A stretch of 64,000 nucleotides of DNA from Treponemataceae bacterium (lineage in GTDB: Bacteria; Spirochaetota; Spirochaetia; Treponematales; Rectinemataceae), in NCBI GenBank assembly GCA_963678065.2, contig CAXXVZ010000003.1, forward strand, positions 1,344,001-1,408,000, written 5' to 3'. Of this stretch, positions 55,086-64,000 are shown piece by piece. A model generated the notes under the pieces. It had not been told where the DNA came from. It did no database searches and saw only the letters and a list, made by a program, of their open reading frames with translations. The position numbers and the translations under genes were made by a program. How positions within the stretch are numbered: the stretch's first letter is position 1; each line of letters opens with the position of its first letter.

Positions 55086-55178
55086 CAAAGATAATTTCAC
55101 ATTTTCCACAACAGATCTGCCGGGCGATACCGGCCAGGGCGGCCCCCAAATTCCCGGAATGCGGTCCGCGTTTCATTC

Positions 55179-55207
55179 TGGACAGCGCAAGGGACCGAGT
55201 GTATTAT
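55179..55207 (+). promoter_or_regulatory. Sigma70-type promoter of the purine degradation operon
   Basis: TGGACA-17-TATTAT. Confidence 0.55.
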
Positions 55208-55228
55208 TCATATCCGGTATTTGATGAG

Positions 55229-55382
55229 CGTCCATTCCGTGCCGTCCTTGAGCGACGCTACGGAAAAGACGATCGAGCCGCACCCGCCCGGAGAGCCTTG
55301 GGCACCTCTCCGTATCCGGCCGGGCTTTCTCCACCGAAGGGCCGCTTCCCGGAAACCACAGATTCCCGGGGGCGGTCCTTTC
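55229..55382 (+). ncRNA. Candidate structured cis-regulatory leader RNA upstream of ade
   Basis: Three stem-loops within a ~260-nt 5' UTR (see findings); no family assignment made. Confidence 0.45.
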
Positions 55383-55473
55383 GCATATCCTGAGGGCGGG
55401 ACCGTGGAGGCAGAGGCCGAAAGTTGCGAAGCACGAGGCGGTGCATTACGATGGAACGAAGGAGGCCTGAGCC

Positions 55474-57186
55474 ATGAACAAGAACCTGATCGACGCGGCC
55501 AACAACGTGATTCCCTGCGACCTGAACCTGATCAACTGCCGCCTCCTCGACCTCCTGGAAGGCCGCATCCGCGAGAATGTCACGGTCTCCGTCAAAAACG
55601 GCTACGTCGTCGGCGTCGACGACAGACTCGCCGCCATCCGCACCATCGATCTCAGAGGGAAGTACCTCGCACCCGGCCTCGTCGACTCGCACGTCCACAT
55701 CGAGTCCTCCATGCTCACGCCGGCCGAGTACGCCCGCATCGTCCTGCCCCGCGGCACGACGACGGTCGTGGCCGATCCCCACGAGATCGTCAACGTCCTC
55801 GGCTACGACGGCATGCGCTACATGCTCGCGGCGAGCCAGGGCCTTCCCCTCGAGGTCTACTTCATGGTGCCCTCCTGCGTACCCGCCACGGGCTTCGACA
55901 CGGCGGGCGCGGCCCTCTACGCCTCGGACATGTACCCCTTCCTCAGGGAACCCCGCGTTCTGGGCCTCGGCGAGGTCATGAACTACCCCGGAGTCCTCGC
56001 CAAGGACCAGAACCTCCTCGACAAGATCGCCCTCTTCACCGATGCTGGAAAGGCTGTCGACGGCCACGCGCCCGGCCTCGCGGGGGCGGGACTCTCCGCC
56101 TACATCGCCGCCGGCATCGGCTCCGACCACGAGTGCACGACCCCGGCCGAGGCCACAGAGAAGATCTCCAAGGGCATGTACGTCATGCTGCGCGAAGGGT
56201 CGACGACCAAGGACCTGGCGCATCTTTTGCCCGCCGTGAACTCGCGGACGGCTTCGCGCTTCCTCATCTGCTCGGACGACCGCCACCCCAACGACCTCGT
56301 CGACGAAGGACACATGGACTACGCGCTCAGGCTCATGCTCTCAGGCGGTGTCGACGTCATCGATGCCTTCAGGATAGCCTGCCGCAATCCCGCCGACTGG
56401 TTCGGGCTGCGCAGTTCGGGCCTCGTGGCGCCGGGATACCGGGCCGATTTCGTGGCCTTCGAGTCCCTCAGGGACTTCAGGGCCGCGATGGTGTTCAAGA
56501 AAGGCGTCCTCGTCGCGGAAAACGGGATTCTTCTGGCACAGATTCCGCAGTCAGGACCGCCCTTGCGCGATTCCGTCAACATCAAGTGGCTGACCGAGGA
56601 CGATTTCCGCATTCCCGACACCGGGAAAAAGGTCAGGGTCATCCAGGCCATCCCGGGTTCCATCATCACGGAATCCCTCGTCGTCGAGCCGAAGGTCGAG
56701 GAAGGGCTCTGCGTCTCCGATCCCGGGCGCGACATCGTCAGAATCTTCGTCATCGAGCGCCACACAGGCTCGGGCAACATCGGCAAGGGCTTCATCTCCG
56801 GATTCGGACTCACCCGCGGCGCCTTCGGCTGCACCGTGAGCCACGACTCGCACAACATGATCATCGCCGGGGTCGACGACCGCTCCATATTCAAGGCCGC
56901 CCGCCACCTCAACAAGATGAAGGGCGGACTCGTCTTCGTGGTGGACGGCGAAGTCCTCCTCGATCTCCCACTCCCCGTGGCCGGCCTCATGAGCGACCGC
57001 GATTCCACCTTCGTCATCGAGAGACTCAGGGAATTCGACGAGGTATTCAGGCGCGAGGGACTCACCAACACCTCGCCTCTCATGACCCTCTCCTTCATGG
57101 CCCTGCCCGTGATCCCGACTCTCAAGATCACGGACAGAGGCCTCGTCGATGTGTCGAAATTCGAGCCGGTGGAACTCTATGTGTAA
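55474..57186 (+). CDS. ade: Adenine deaminase
   Basis: PGLVDSHVHIESSML, DPHEIVNV, PSCVPAT, LGEVMNYPG, DGHAP, SDHEC, LREGS, SDDRHP, HDSHN, SFMALPVIP. Confidence 0.95.
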   Translation: MNKNLIDAANNVIPCDLNLINCRLLDLLEGRIRENVTVSVKNGYVVGVDDRLAAIRTIDLRGKYLAPGLVDSHVHIESSMLTPAEYARIVLPRGTTTVVADPHEIVNVLGYDGMRYMLAASQGLPLEVYFMVPSCVPATGFDTAGAALYASDMYPFLREPRVLGLGEVMNYPGVLAKDQNLLDKIALFTDAGKAVDGHAPGLAGAGLSAYIAAGIGSDHECTTPAEATEKISKGMYVMLREGSTTKDLAHLLPAVNSRTASRFLICSDDRHPNDLVDEGHMDYALRLMLSGGVDVIDAFRIACRNPADWFGLRSSGLVAPGYRADFVAFESLRDFRAAMVFKKGVLVAENGILLAQIPQSGPPLRDSVNIKWLTEDDFRIPDTGKKVRVIQAIPGSIITESLVVEPKVEEGLCVSDPGRDIVRIFVIERHTGSGNIGKGFISGFGLTRGAFGCTVSHDSHNMIIAGVDDRSIFKAARHLNKMKGGLVFVVDGEVLLDLPLPVAGLMSDRDSTFVIERLREFDEVFRREGLTNTSPLMTLSFMALPVIPTLKITDRGLVDVSKFEPVELYV

Positions 57187-57195
57187 AGGATCGAC

Positions 57196-58716
57196 ATGAA
57201 AACGACCATATCCTTCATGGCCAACGGAGGTCGGGTCTCCGTGGAGGCCTGGCCGGGATCGCCGGCCCTCGACTTCATCCGCCACGAACTCGGGCTGACA
57301 GGAACCAAGGAAGGCTGCCGGGAAGGCGACTGCGGCGCCTGCGCCGTCCTCATCGGCTCGCGCGAGGCGGACGGCCTCGTCCACTACAGGACGGCGCCAT
57401 CCTGCCTTCTCGCCCTCGGCGAGCTCGCCGGCCGCCATCTCGTCACGATCGAGGGCCTCTCCTCATCCTCACCCGACGGCCTCACGCCCGTCATGAAAGC
57501 TTTCCTCGAGGAGAACGCGAGCCAGTGCGGCTTCTGCTCGCCCGGCTTCGTCGTCAGCCTCACGGGATGGCTCCTCGAAACGCCTGTGCCCGACATCGCG
57601 GGCGCCATCGTCGCCGTGGAGGGCAACCTCTGCCGCTGTACGGGCTACGGGGCCATCAGAAGGGCGGCCGCCCGCCTCGTGAGCGAGTTCGCTAGCCTCC
57701 CTGCGCCCGGTCCCGCCAGGATCGAGGCCCTCGTCGCCGCGGGCGTGATTCCTGCGTCGGTAGCCGATTTTGCCGCCGCGCCGGCCGCGGTGCCCCGGGC
57801 AGAGAATGCGGGGGCTATCTCCTGCGCCGTTGTTGCCTCCGCCGCTGCTTCGTCCCGGGGTTCCGCCCTCATCCTCGGCGGCGGAACAGACTGGTACGTG
57901 CGCAACCCCGAGCCTGAGGAAACCGGGGACTGCGTCCTCCTCGACCTCTCTGAAAATCTTTGCAGAATCGAAATGAAAAAAGCCTCCGAAGGCCCGGACA
58001 TGATCGAAATCGGCGCCGCGACGACGGTCCGCGAGTTCTTCGCCCATCACCTGCTGCGCTCCGGATTCCCCGGAATCGAAGCCTTCGAGCGGGAAGTCGC
58101 GTCGAGCCTCATCCGCAACCGGGCTACCCTGGGCGGCAACGTCGCGAACGCCTCTCCCGTCGCCGACATGACGGCCATCCTCATCGGCATGGGCGCCGCG
58201 GTCAGGCTCGGCGGCGGAAAACGCGGGGCCGGGGCCGGAGCCGGGGTCGACGCGCGGAACAGGCTCATGCCCCTCGAGAGACTCTTCAAGGGCTACAAGA
58301 GCCTCGACCTGGCCGAAGGCGAAATCATCGAATCCTTCGAGCTCTGGCCCTGCGGCCCCGACGAGCGCTTCAACTTCGAGAAGATAGCCAAGCGCCGGAG
58401 CCTCGACATCGCGGCGGTCAACACGGCCATGCGCGTCGAAGTCCGGGATGGAACCATCGTCCGGGCGAGAGTCTCGGCGGGCGGCGTCGCCCCGGTGCCT
58501 CTTTTCCTCGAGAGGACATCGGCCTGGCTCGCAGGAAAACCCGTCTCGTCCGCGACAGCCAAAGAGGCCGCAAGGCTCGCCACGGAGGAATCGAGTCCCA
58601 TCGGCGACGTGCGCGGCTCAGCGGACTACCGGAGGCGCATCCTCGGACGCCTCGTGCTGGCTCACTTCATCCGGCTCTTCCCCGACGGGGAAATCGCCCA
58701 GGAGCTCCTGCCATGA
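57196..58716 (+). CDS. xdhA: Xanthine dehydrogenase small subunit (2x[2Fe-2S] plus FAD)
   Basis: TGTKEGCREGDCGAC, QCGFCSPG, GNLCRCTGY, GGGTD, IRNRATLGGNVANASP, RGSADYR. Confidence 0.9.
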   Translation: MKTTISFMANGGRVSVEAWPGSPALDFIRHELGLTGTKEGCREGDCGACAVLIGSREADGLVHYRTAPSCLLALGELAGRHLVTIEGLSSSSPDGLTPVMKAFLEENASQCGFCSPGFVVSLTGWLLETPVPDIAGAIVAVEGNLCRCTGYGAIRRAAARLVSEFASLPAPGPARIEALVAAGVIPASVADFAAAPAAVPRAENAGAISCAVVASAAASSRGSALILGGGTDWYVRNPEPEETGDCVLLDLSENLCRIEMKKASEGPDMIEIGAATTVREFFAHHLLRSGFPGIEAFEREVASSLIRNRATLGGNVANASPVADMTAILIGMGAAVRLGGGKRGAGAGAGVDARNRLMPLERLFKGYKSLDLAEGEIIESFELWPCGPDERFNFEKIAKRRSLDIAAVNTAMRVEVRDGTIVRARVSAGGVAPVPLFLERTSAWLAGKPVSSATAKEAARLATEESSPIGDVRGSADYRRRILGRLVLAHFIRLFPDGEIAQELLP

Positions 58717-61013
58717 AAAGCCCCAAAGAGAGCGCCCTCAATGTCAAAGGGGCCACCCTCTACATCGACGATATCGCCGCGCCGACCGGCACCCTGGAGG
58801 GAGCGGTCAAACTCTCGACGAGCGCGCGCGGCCGCATCCTCTCCATCGACGCGACCCAAGCCCTCGAACTCGACCCCTCCGTGCGGGTCATCACCGCGAA
58901 AGACGTACCTGGCCAGAACCAGATCGGATTCTCCGTTCCTGATGAGGTCCTTCTCCCCGAGGATGAGTGGGAGTACTGGGGCCAGCCGATCGTTCTCTGC
59001 CTCGCGCGCACCCGCACCCTCGCGCGGCGGGCGGCCGCCCTCGTCGCCGTGACCGGCGAACCGCTTCCCGCCATACTCGACGAGCGCAAGGCCGCGAAGG
59101 CGGGTCACTTCATCCTCCCATCGCGGACCATGCGCTCGGGCGACCCGGAGGCCGCGTTCGCGGACTGCGCCACCGTGCTCTCCGGCACCGTCGTCTCGGG
59201 GGGCCAGGAGCACGTCTACCTGGAAACCCAGGGCGCCATCGCGGAAGTCCGCGACGGGGACAAGGTCTTCGTCATCTCCGGAACCCAGGGACCGACGGGC
59301 GTCCAGAAGGCCATCGCGCAGTCTCTCGGCATCCCCATGAACCGGGTCGAGGTCGAGGCGAGGCGCCTGGGGGGAGCCTTCGGCGGCAAGGAGGACCAGG
59401 CGGCCTACTGGGGAGCCCTCGCGGCCCTCGGGGCCTGGGTCAGCCGCAGGCCGGTCAGGCTCTATCTGAACCGGCGCGACGACATGCACGCCACCGGCAA
59501 GCGCCACCCCTACTCCTCGGACTACAAAATCGGCATGGATGCGGAGGGACGAATCCTCGCCTTCGAGGCGGACTACTACCAGAACTCGGGCTGCACCTGC
59601 GACCTCTCGCCCGCCATCCTCTCGCGCACACTCTTCCACGCGACCGGCGCCTACTCGATCCCGAACGTCAGGGTCACGGGCCACATGTGCCGCACGAACC
59701 TGCCATCTTTCACCGCCTTCCGCGGTTTCGGCGCACCCCAGGGCTTCTTCGTCGTCGAATCGGCCATCCAGGCTCTCGCGATCAAGTCGGGGCTGGACGC
59801 GAACGCCCTGCGCTACCACAACCTTTATAAGGAAGGCGAGATCACCCACTACGGCATGCCCCTCGTCTCATGCCGGACCACCGAGGCCTTCGACCGCCTC
59901 CTCGAGAAGACGCGATGGGCCTCGCTGCGCGACCGCATCGACGATTTCAACGCCGAGAACCGCCTGTACAAAAAGGGGGCGGCGATCATTCCGATCTGTT
60001 TCGGCATATCCTTCACGAAGCTTCTCATGAATCAGGCCGGGGCCCTCGTCCACGTCTACCAGGACGGCTCCGTCCTCGTCTCGACGGGCGCCATCGAGAT
60101 GGGTCAGCAGGTCAGCCGCAAGATAGCGGTGGCTGCGGCGGCCGCACTCGGCGTGGGGACAGAGCTCGTCTCGGTGGAGCGCACGACGACGCTGACAGTC
60201 GCCAACACGGTCCCGACCGCGGCGAGCACGGGCTCCGACCTCAACGCGATGGCCGCGACTCTCGCCTGCGAACAGATAAAGGCGCGGCTCGTCGCGAAGG
60301 CGGCGTCCATGCTCGGAGCCGAACCCGGATCGGTCTCGATCGAAGGCGGGCGCGTTTCCGTTTCGGGAGAGGAAGCAGAACTAGGCTGGGAGGCCCTTGT
60401 CACGGCGACCTACGAGTCGCGCGTCGACCTCTCCGCCCACGGCTTTTACTCGACGCCGGGTCTCTTCTACGACATGGCGACCGAACGGGGCAGCCCCTTC
60501 GCCTACCATGTCTACGGCGCTGCCTGCGTCGAGGCGACAGTGGATGTCCTCCGGGGGAGCTACACCCTCGACAGAGCGACCATCGTCCACGACATGGGCC
60601 GCAGCCTGGACGAGAAGGTCGACATCGGGCAGATCGAGGGAGCTCTCGCGCAGGGGCTCGGCTGGGCGCTGCTCGAGGACCTGCAGTTCGCGGGCTCGGG
60701 CGGTGTGCCTGTCCCGCCGGGCGCCCCCGCTACCGCGGGCAAACTGCTCGCCGACACGCTGTCGACCTACAAACTCCCCGACATCCACTTCATGCCGCCG
60801 GAGGTCGAAATCGAGTTCCTTTCCGAGAGGGACGGCCCCTCGGCCCTCCTGCGCTCCAAGGCGATCGGCGAGCCTCCTCTCATCTACGGCATCGCGGGCT
60901 ACTTCGCCGTTTTGGACGCGATGCGGGCCGCGCGGCTACGGGGACCCGGTCTCTTCGACCTTCCCCTGACGCCGGAAAAAGTGCTGGACTATATCATGGG
61001 GGTAAAACCGTGA
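58713..61013 (+). CDS. xdhB: Xanthine dehydrogenase molybdopterin-binding subunit
   Basis: GGQEHVYLETQ, RRLGGAFGGKE, TGKRHPY, TAFRGFGAPQG, TAASTGSDLN, GQIEGA, SKAIGEPP. ATGA overlap. Confidence 0.93.
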   Translation: MKSPKESALNVKGATLYIDDIAAPTGTLEGAVKLSTSARGRILSIDATQALELDPSVRVITAKDVPGQNQIGFSVPDEVLLPEDEWEYWGQPIVLCLARTRTLARRAAALVAVTGEPLPAILDERKAAKAGHFILPSRTMRSGDPEAAFADCATVLSGTVVSGGQEHVYLETQGAIAEVRDGDKVFVISGTQGPTGVQKAIAQSLGIPMNRVEVEARRLGGAFGGKEDQAAYWGALAALGAWVSRRPVRLYLNRRDDMHATGKRHPYSSDYKIGMDAEGRILAFEADYYQNSGCTCDLSPAILSRTLFHATGAYSIPNVRVTGHMCRTNLPSFTAFRGFGAPQGFFVVESAIQALAIKSGLDANALRYHNLYKEGEITHYGMPLVSCRTTEAFDRLLEKTRWASLRDRIDDFNAENRLYKKGAAIIPICFGISFTKLLMNQAGALVHVYQDGSVLVSTGAIEMGQQVSRKIAVAAAAALGVGTELVSVERTTTLTVANTVPTAASTGSDLNAMAATLACEQIKARLVAKAASMLGAEPGSVSIEGGRVSVSGEEAELGWEALVTATYESRVDLSAHGFYSTPGLFYDMATERGSPFAYHVYGAACVEATVDVLRGSYTLDRATIVHDMGRSLDEKVDIGQIEGALAQGLGWALLEDLQFAGSGGVPVPPGAPATAGKLLADTLSTYKLPDIHFMPPEVEIEFLSERDGPSALLRSKAIGEPPLIYGIAGYFAVLDAMRAARLRGPGLFDLPLTPEKVLDYIMGVKP

Positions 61014-62476
61014 GCGGCCTCGGATCGACGATCCTGCGGAACGGACTCTTCGCCCTGCCGGGCGAGACGGATCTGAAGAGAAGAAGCATGCGGATCGAAA
61101 ACGGCCGTATCGCGGAAATATCGGAAACCCTGGCAGGAAATCCGGCCAGCCCCGGCGCCGGGTCAGAGGCCGGCAGCTTGCCCTCGCCCGGAACGATAAT
61201 CGTGGACGCGTGCGGCCTCATGGTCTTCCCCGGCGCGATCGACCCCCACGTCCACTTCGACGAGCCGGGTTTCACGCACCGCGAGGACTTCTTCCACGGA
61301 ACATGCGAGGCCGCGAAGGGCGGCGTCACGACGGTCGTCGACATGCCCTGCACCTCCCTGCCCCCGGTGACCACCCTGGAGGCCCTCGAGACCAAGCTCG
61401 CCATCATCTCGAAGCGCGCCGTCGTCGACTACGCCCTCTACGGCGGCGTCTCGGGCCATACGGCCGAAGCGAGCCTCGCGCGCCACATGGCGGAGCTTGC
61501 GCCGCGCGTCGTCGGCTTCAAGTGCTACTTCGTCTCCGGCATGGACACTTTCACGAGCGTCGATCCTGCGACCTTCGGCCGGGTGGTCGCGCAGGGCGCG
61601 GCGCTCGGAAGACCCGTTCTCCTCCACGCGGAGGATCCGGCCACGGTCCGTGCAGCCACGGAGCGCGTCCGCGCGCGCAGAGAGGACATCGCCGAGGGCC
61701 GCGTCGCTCCCGACGAAGCACCCGCATGGCGCGACTACTACGAGACCCGTCCCCGCGAAGCCGAGATCGAGGCCATGCGCTCCGCCCTGGAAGCCGCGGG
61801 AGAGAACGCCGCGACCCTCCACGTGGTCCATGTCGGAACCGCGCGGGCGGCGGAGCTCATAGCCGCATCCGGCGGCGCACCTTGCGCGGCGACGTGCGAA
61901 ACCTGCGCCCACTACCTCGCCTTCGACGAAAACGACTTTGCGCGACTCGGTGCCTCGCTCAAGACGGCCCCGCCCGTGAAAGGACCTGGGGAGAAGGCGC
62001 AACTCTGGAAGCTCCTCGCGTCGGGAGCGATCTCCTTCGTGACGAGCGACCACGCCCCGGCGCCGGATTACGAGAAGAACACGGGCAACCCGCTCACGGC
62101 CTACGGCGGCATCCCGGGCACAGGGACCATGTTCCCCTTCATGCTCTCGGAGGGCTATCTCGCGGGCAGACTCGGCCTTCCTCGCTTCCTGGATGCGGTC
62201 GCAGGCGCCGCCGCGCGCCGATACGGACTCTCTGGCCGCAAGGGCTCGCTCGAGCCGGGCAAGGACGCCGACTTCGTCCTCGTCGACCCGGCCGGAAAAA
62301 CGACCATCAGCGGCGAAAAGCTCCTCTCAAAAGGAAAAATCACGCCTTTCGAGGGCATGACCTTCTCAGGCTCGATCCGCTCGACCTGGCTGCGCGGCCG
62401 GGCCGTCTACACCGAACGCGATTCCATCCTCGCCGAACCCGGCTTCGGCGAATATCTGACCTGGGGGTGCCTGTGA
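61010..62476 (+). CDS. Allantoinase/dihydroorotase-family cyclic amidohydrolase
   Basis: PGAIDPHVHFDEPG, AAKGGVTTVVDMP, GFK, LHAE, HVVHV, ETCAHYL, SDHAP, GKDADFV. GTGA overlap. Confidence 0.85.
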   Translation: MSGLGSTILRNGLFALPGETDLKRRSMRIENGRIAEISETLAGNPASPGAGSEAGSLPSPGTIIVDACGLMVFPGAIDPHVHFDEPGFTHREDFFHGTCEAAKGGVTTVVDMPCTSLPPVTTLEALETKLAIISKRAVVDYALYGGVSGHTAEASLARHMAELAPRVVGFKCYFVSGMDTFTSVDPATFGRVVAQGAALGRPVLLHAEDPATVRAATERVRARREDIAEGRVAPDEAPAWRDYYETRPREAEIEAMRSALEAAGENAATLHVVHVGTARAAELIAASGGAPCAATCETCAHYLAFDENDFARLGASLKTAPPVKGPGEKAQLWKLLASGAISFVTSDHAPAPDYEKNTGNPLTAYGGIPGTGTMFPFMLSEGYLAGRLGLPRFLDAVAGAAARRYGLSGRKGSLEPGKDADFVLVDPAGKTTISGEKLLSKGKITPFEGMTFSGSIRSTWLRGRAVYTERDSILAEPGFGEYLTWGCL

Positions 62477-64000
62477 GTAAAATCATGAAGACGACCCCGC
62501 TATCCGTGCTTTTGGGCCGGATCGCGGGCGAATATGCGGCCAAGCGAAGCATTTTCGAGATACCGGAATCCTGTTTCGCGAAAGCTTTTGTCCTCGAGGC
62601 GAAAAGCCCCGGCCTGGCGGTCATGTCGGGTCGGGCCTCGCTTCCGGTGGGCCCCGCCGCAGGGCCGCACAGCCAGATCGCGCCCAACCTCGTCGCCGCC
62701 TACCTCTCGGGATCGCGTGTCTTCGAGCTCAAAACCGTCCAGGAGAACGACCACCTCGACATCGAGAAGCCCTGCATCGAGGCGCTCGACGAAGGACACA
62801 ACGTCGAGTGGTCCACGGAGCTCACTCTGACACAGGCGCGCGAGGAATACCTGCGCGGCTGGATCGCCGTCAACCTCCTCGCGGCCGTCTTCTCCGCGAA
62901 ACCCCGCGACTTCTTCTTCAACATGTCCGTCGGCTACACGCTGGACGGCATCAGGGGGCACAAGGTCGACGCCTACATCGAGGGCATGCGAAGACCTGAG
63001 CGGACCGCGTTCTGGTTCGAGGCGATGAAGCAAACGCGCTCCTTCGTCGAATCCGGGGCCTTCGCCTCGGCTTTCGGCCCCGGGGCCCGCGAGAGGGCGG
63101 CCGCCCTCTGCGAGGCCTTCCCCGCGAAGCCCGTCCACTCCGTCACCCTCTCCACCATGCACGGCTGCCCTCCCGCCGAGATCGAGCGCATCGGCCGGTA
63201 CCTCATCGTCGACAAGGGCTTCGACGCCTATGTCAAGCTGAATCCGACCCTTCTCGGCTACGACCGCGCCCGCGACATCCTGGACGGCCTCGGCTGGAAC
63301 GATATTTCCCTGAAGCGCGAGAGCTTCGAGCACGACCTTCAGTTCGCCGACGCACTCAAGCTTGTCGCGAACCTGAAGGCGACGGCGGAGGATTCGGGCC
63401 GCGAGTTCGGCATCAAGCTCTCCAACACCCTCGCCAACGCCAACACGGGGAGCTTCCTTCCCGGCGGCGAGCGCTACATGTCCGGCCGCGCCCTCTTCCC
63501 GATCACGGTCGCCCTCGCCGCCGACCTCGCATCCACCTTGGCCGAAACCCTGCCCGACTTTGGCGCGAGATTCTCCTACTGCGGAGGCGTCTCGGCGCTC
63601 AACGCGGCCGGGCTCGTCGGGGCGGGCATGGCTCCCCTCACGATAGCGACCGACATCCTGAAGCCGGGTGGCTACCAGCGCCTCCTCGCCGTGGCCGAAC
63701 GCGCAGTCGCGGCCCTCCCCGGCGCCCCCATCGCGGCAAACGCGGCGGCGCTTTCGGCGCTCGCGGCCGCTGCCCGGACCAAAGCCGAATACCGGAAGGA
63801 CTGGAAGCAGGGTCGCGCCTCGATCGCTGCGAAGCTGCCTGTCTTCGACTGCTTCGCCGCCCCCTGCATAGAAGCCTGCCCCGTCAACCAGAAGGTGCCC
63901 GCCTACATCGCGGCCGCCGCCGCGGGCGAGTCCGCCCAGGCACTCGCCACCATCCTTTCGGACAATCCTCTGCCCCATATAACTGGGGTCCTCTGCGACC
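62473..64000 (+). CDS. ygfK: YgfK-like Fe-S flavoprotein oxidoreductase, 3'-truncated by window edge
   Basis: Not in the ORF track (no stop in window). Read by hand from GTG 62473: MSKIMKTTP...GPAAGPHSQIAPN...FELKTVQ...KPCI...NVEWSTEL...TLSTMHGCPP...VKLNPTLLG...GIKLSNT...YMSGRALFP...DCFAAPCIEACP. Confidence 0.88.
   Translation, partial: MSKIMKTTPLSVLLGRIAGEYAAKRSIFEIPESCFAKAFVLEAKSPGLAVMSGRASLPVGPAAGPHSQIAPNLVAAYLSGSRVFELKTVQENDHLDIEKPCIEALDEGHNVEWSTELTLTQAREEYLRGWIAVNLLAAVFSAKPRDFFFNMSVGYTLDGIRGHKVDAYIEGMRRPERTAFWFEAMKQTRSFVESGAFASAFGPGARERAAALCEAFPAKPVHSVTLSTMHGCPPAEIERIGRYLIVDKGFDAYVKLNPTLLGYDRARDILDGLGWNDISLKRESFEHDLQFADALKLVANLKATAEDSGREFGIKLSNTLANANTGSFLPGGERYMSGRALFPITVALAADLASTLAETLPDFGARFSYCGGVSALNAAGLVGAGMAPLTIATDILKPGGYQRLLAVAERAVAALPGAPIAANAAALSALAAAARTKAEYRKDWKQGRASIAAKLPVFDCFAAPCIEACPVNQKVPAYIAAAAAGESAQALATILSDNPLPHITGVLCD

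Noticed and set aside
55290..55375. ZTP (pfl) riboswitch-like fragments GGAAACCAC and GCCTTGGGCA
   Set aside because: Wrong order and missing the GTGACTGGCG core; treated as chance similarity.

Overview
High-GC bacterial chromosomal segment, most likely from a free-living spirochaete (inferred from polA-coaE-SPOR synteny and protein style). Left arm (1-15.2 kb): YtcJ-like amidohydrolase (5'-truncated), psuG/psuK pseudouridine catabolism, J-domain protein, a signal-peptide-bearing MaoC-type hot-dog protein, polA, an in-frame coaE-SPOR fusion and a BMP-type purine/nucleoside ABC transporter. Right arm (55.2-64 kb): purine degradation operon ade-xdhA-xdhB-allantoinase-like-ygfK (3'-truncated) behind a long structured leader. 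Between them lie about 40 kb of carbohydrate catabolism in two blocks. Block A (15.2-29.4 kb) is a sigma54/PrpR-controlled sugar-acid operon with a DUF1537 kinase, PdxA2, Fe-ADH, two DapA-like enzymes, an enolase-superfamily enzyme and an ABC transporter. Block B (29.5-55.1 kb) is an apparently uncharacterised amino-sugar catabolic system: ABC importer, two Gfo/Idh/MocA+SDR pairs, class III aminotransferase, AKR, three aldolase-like enzymes, NagA/NagB-like, FGGY kinase, ceramidase-like, YhcH/NanQ, URO-D-like and two V4R-like proteins. It carries three local regulators (DeoR, ROK, GntR), and candidate operators for each can be read from the intergenic DNA. My best hypothesis for block B is scavenging of bacterial di-amino nonulosonic acids or a similar poly-amino sugar. 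No CRISPR array, tRNA/rRNA, integrase or transposase was seen. All family calls are by eye from motifs; no searches were run.
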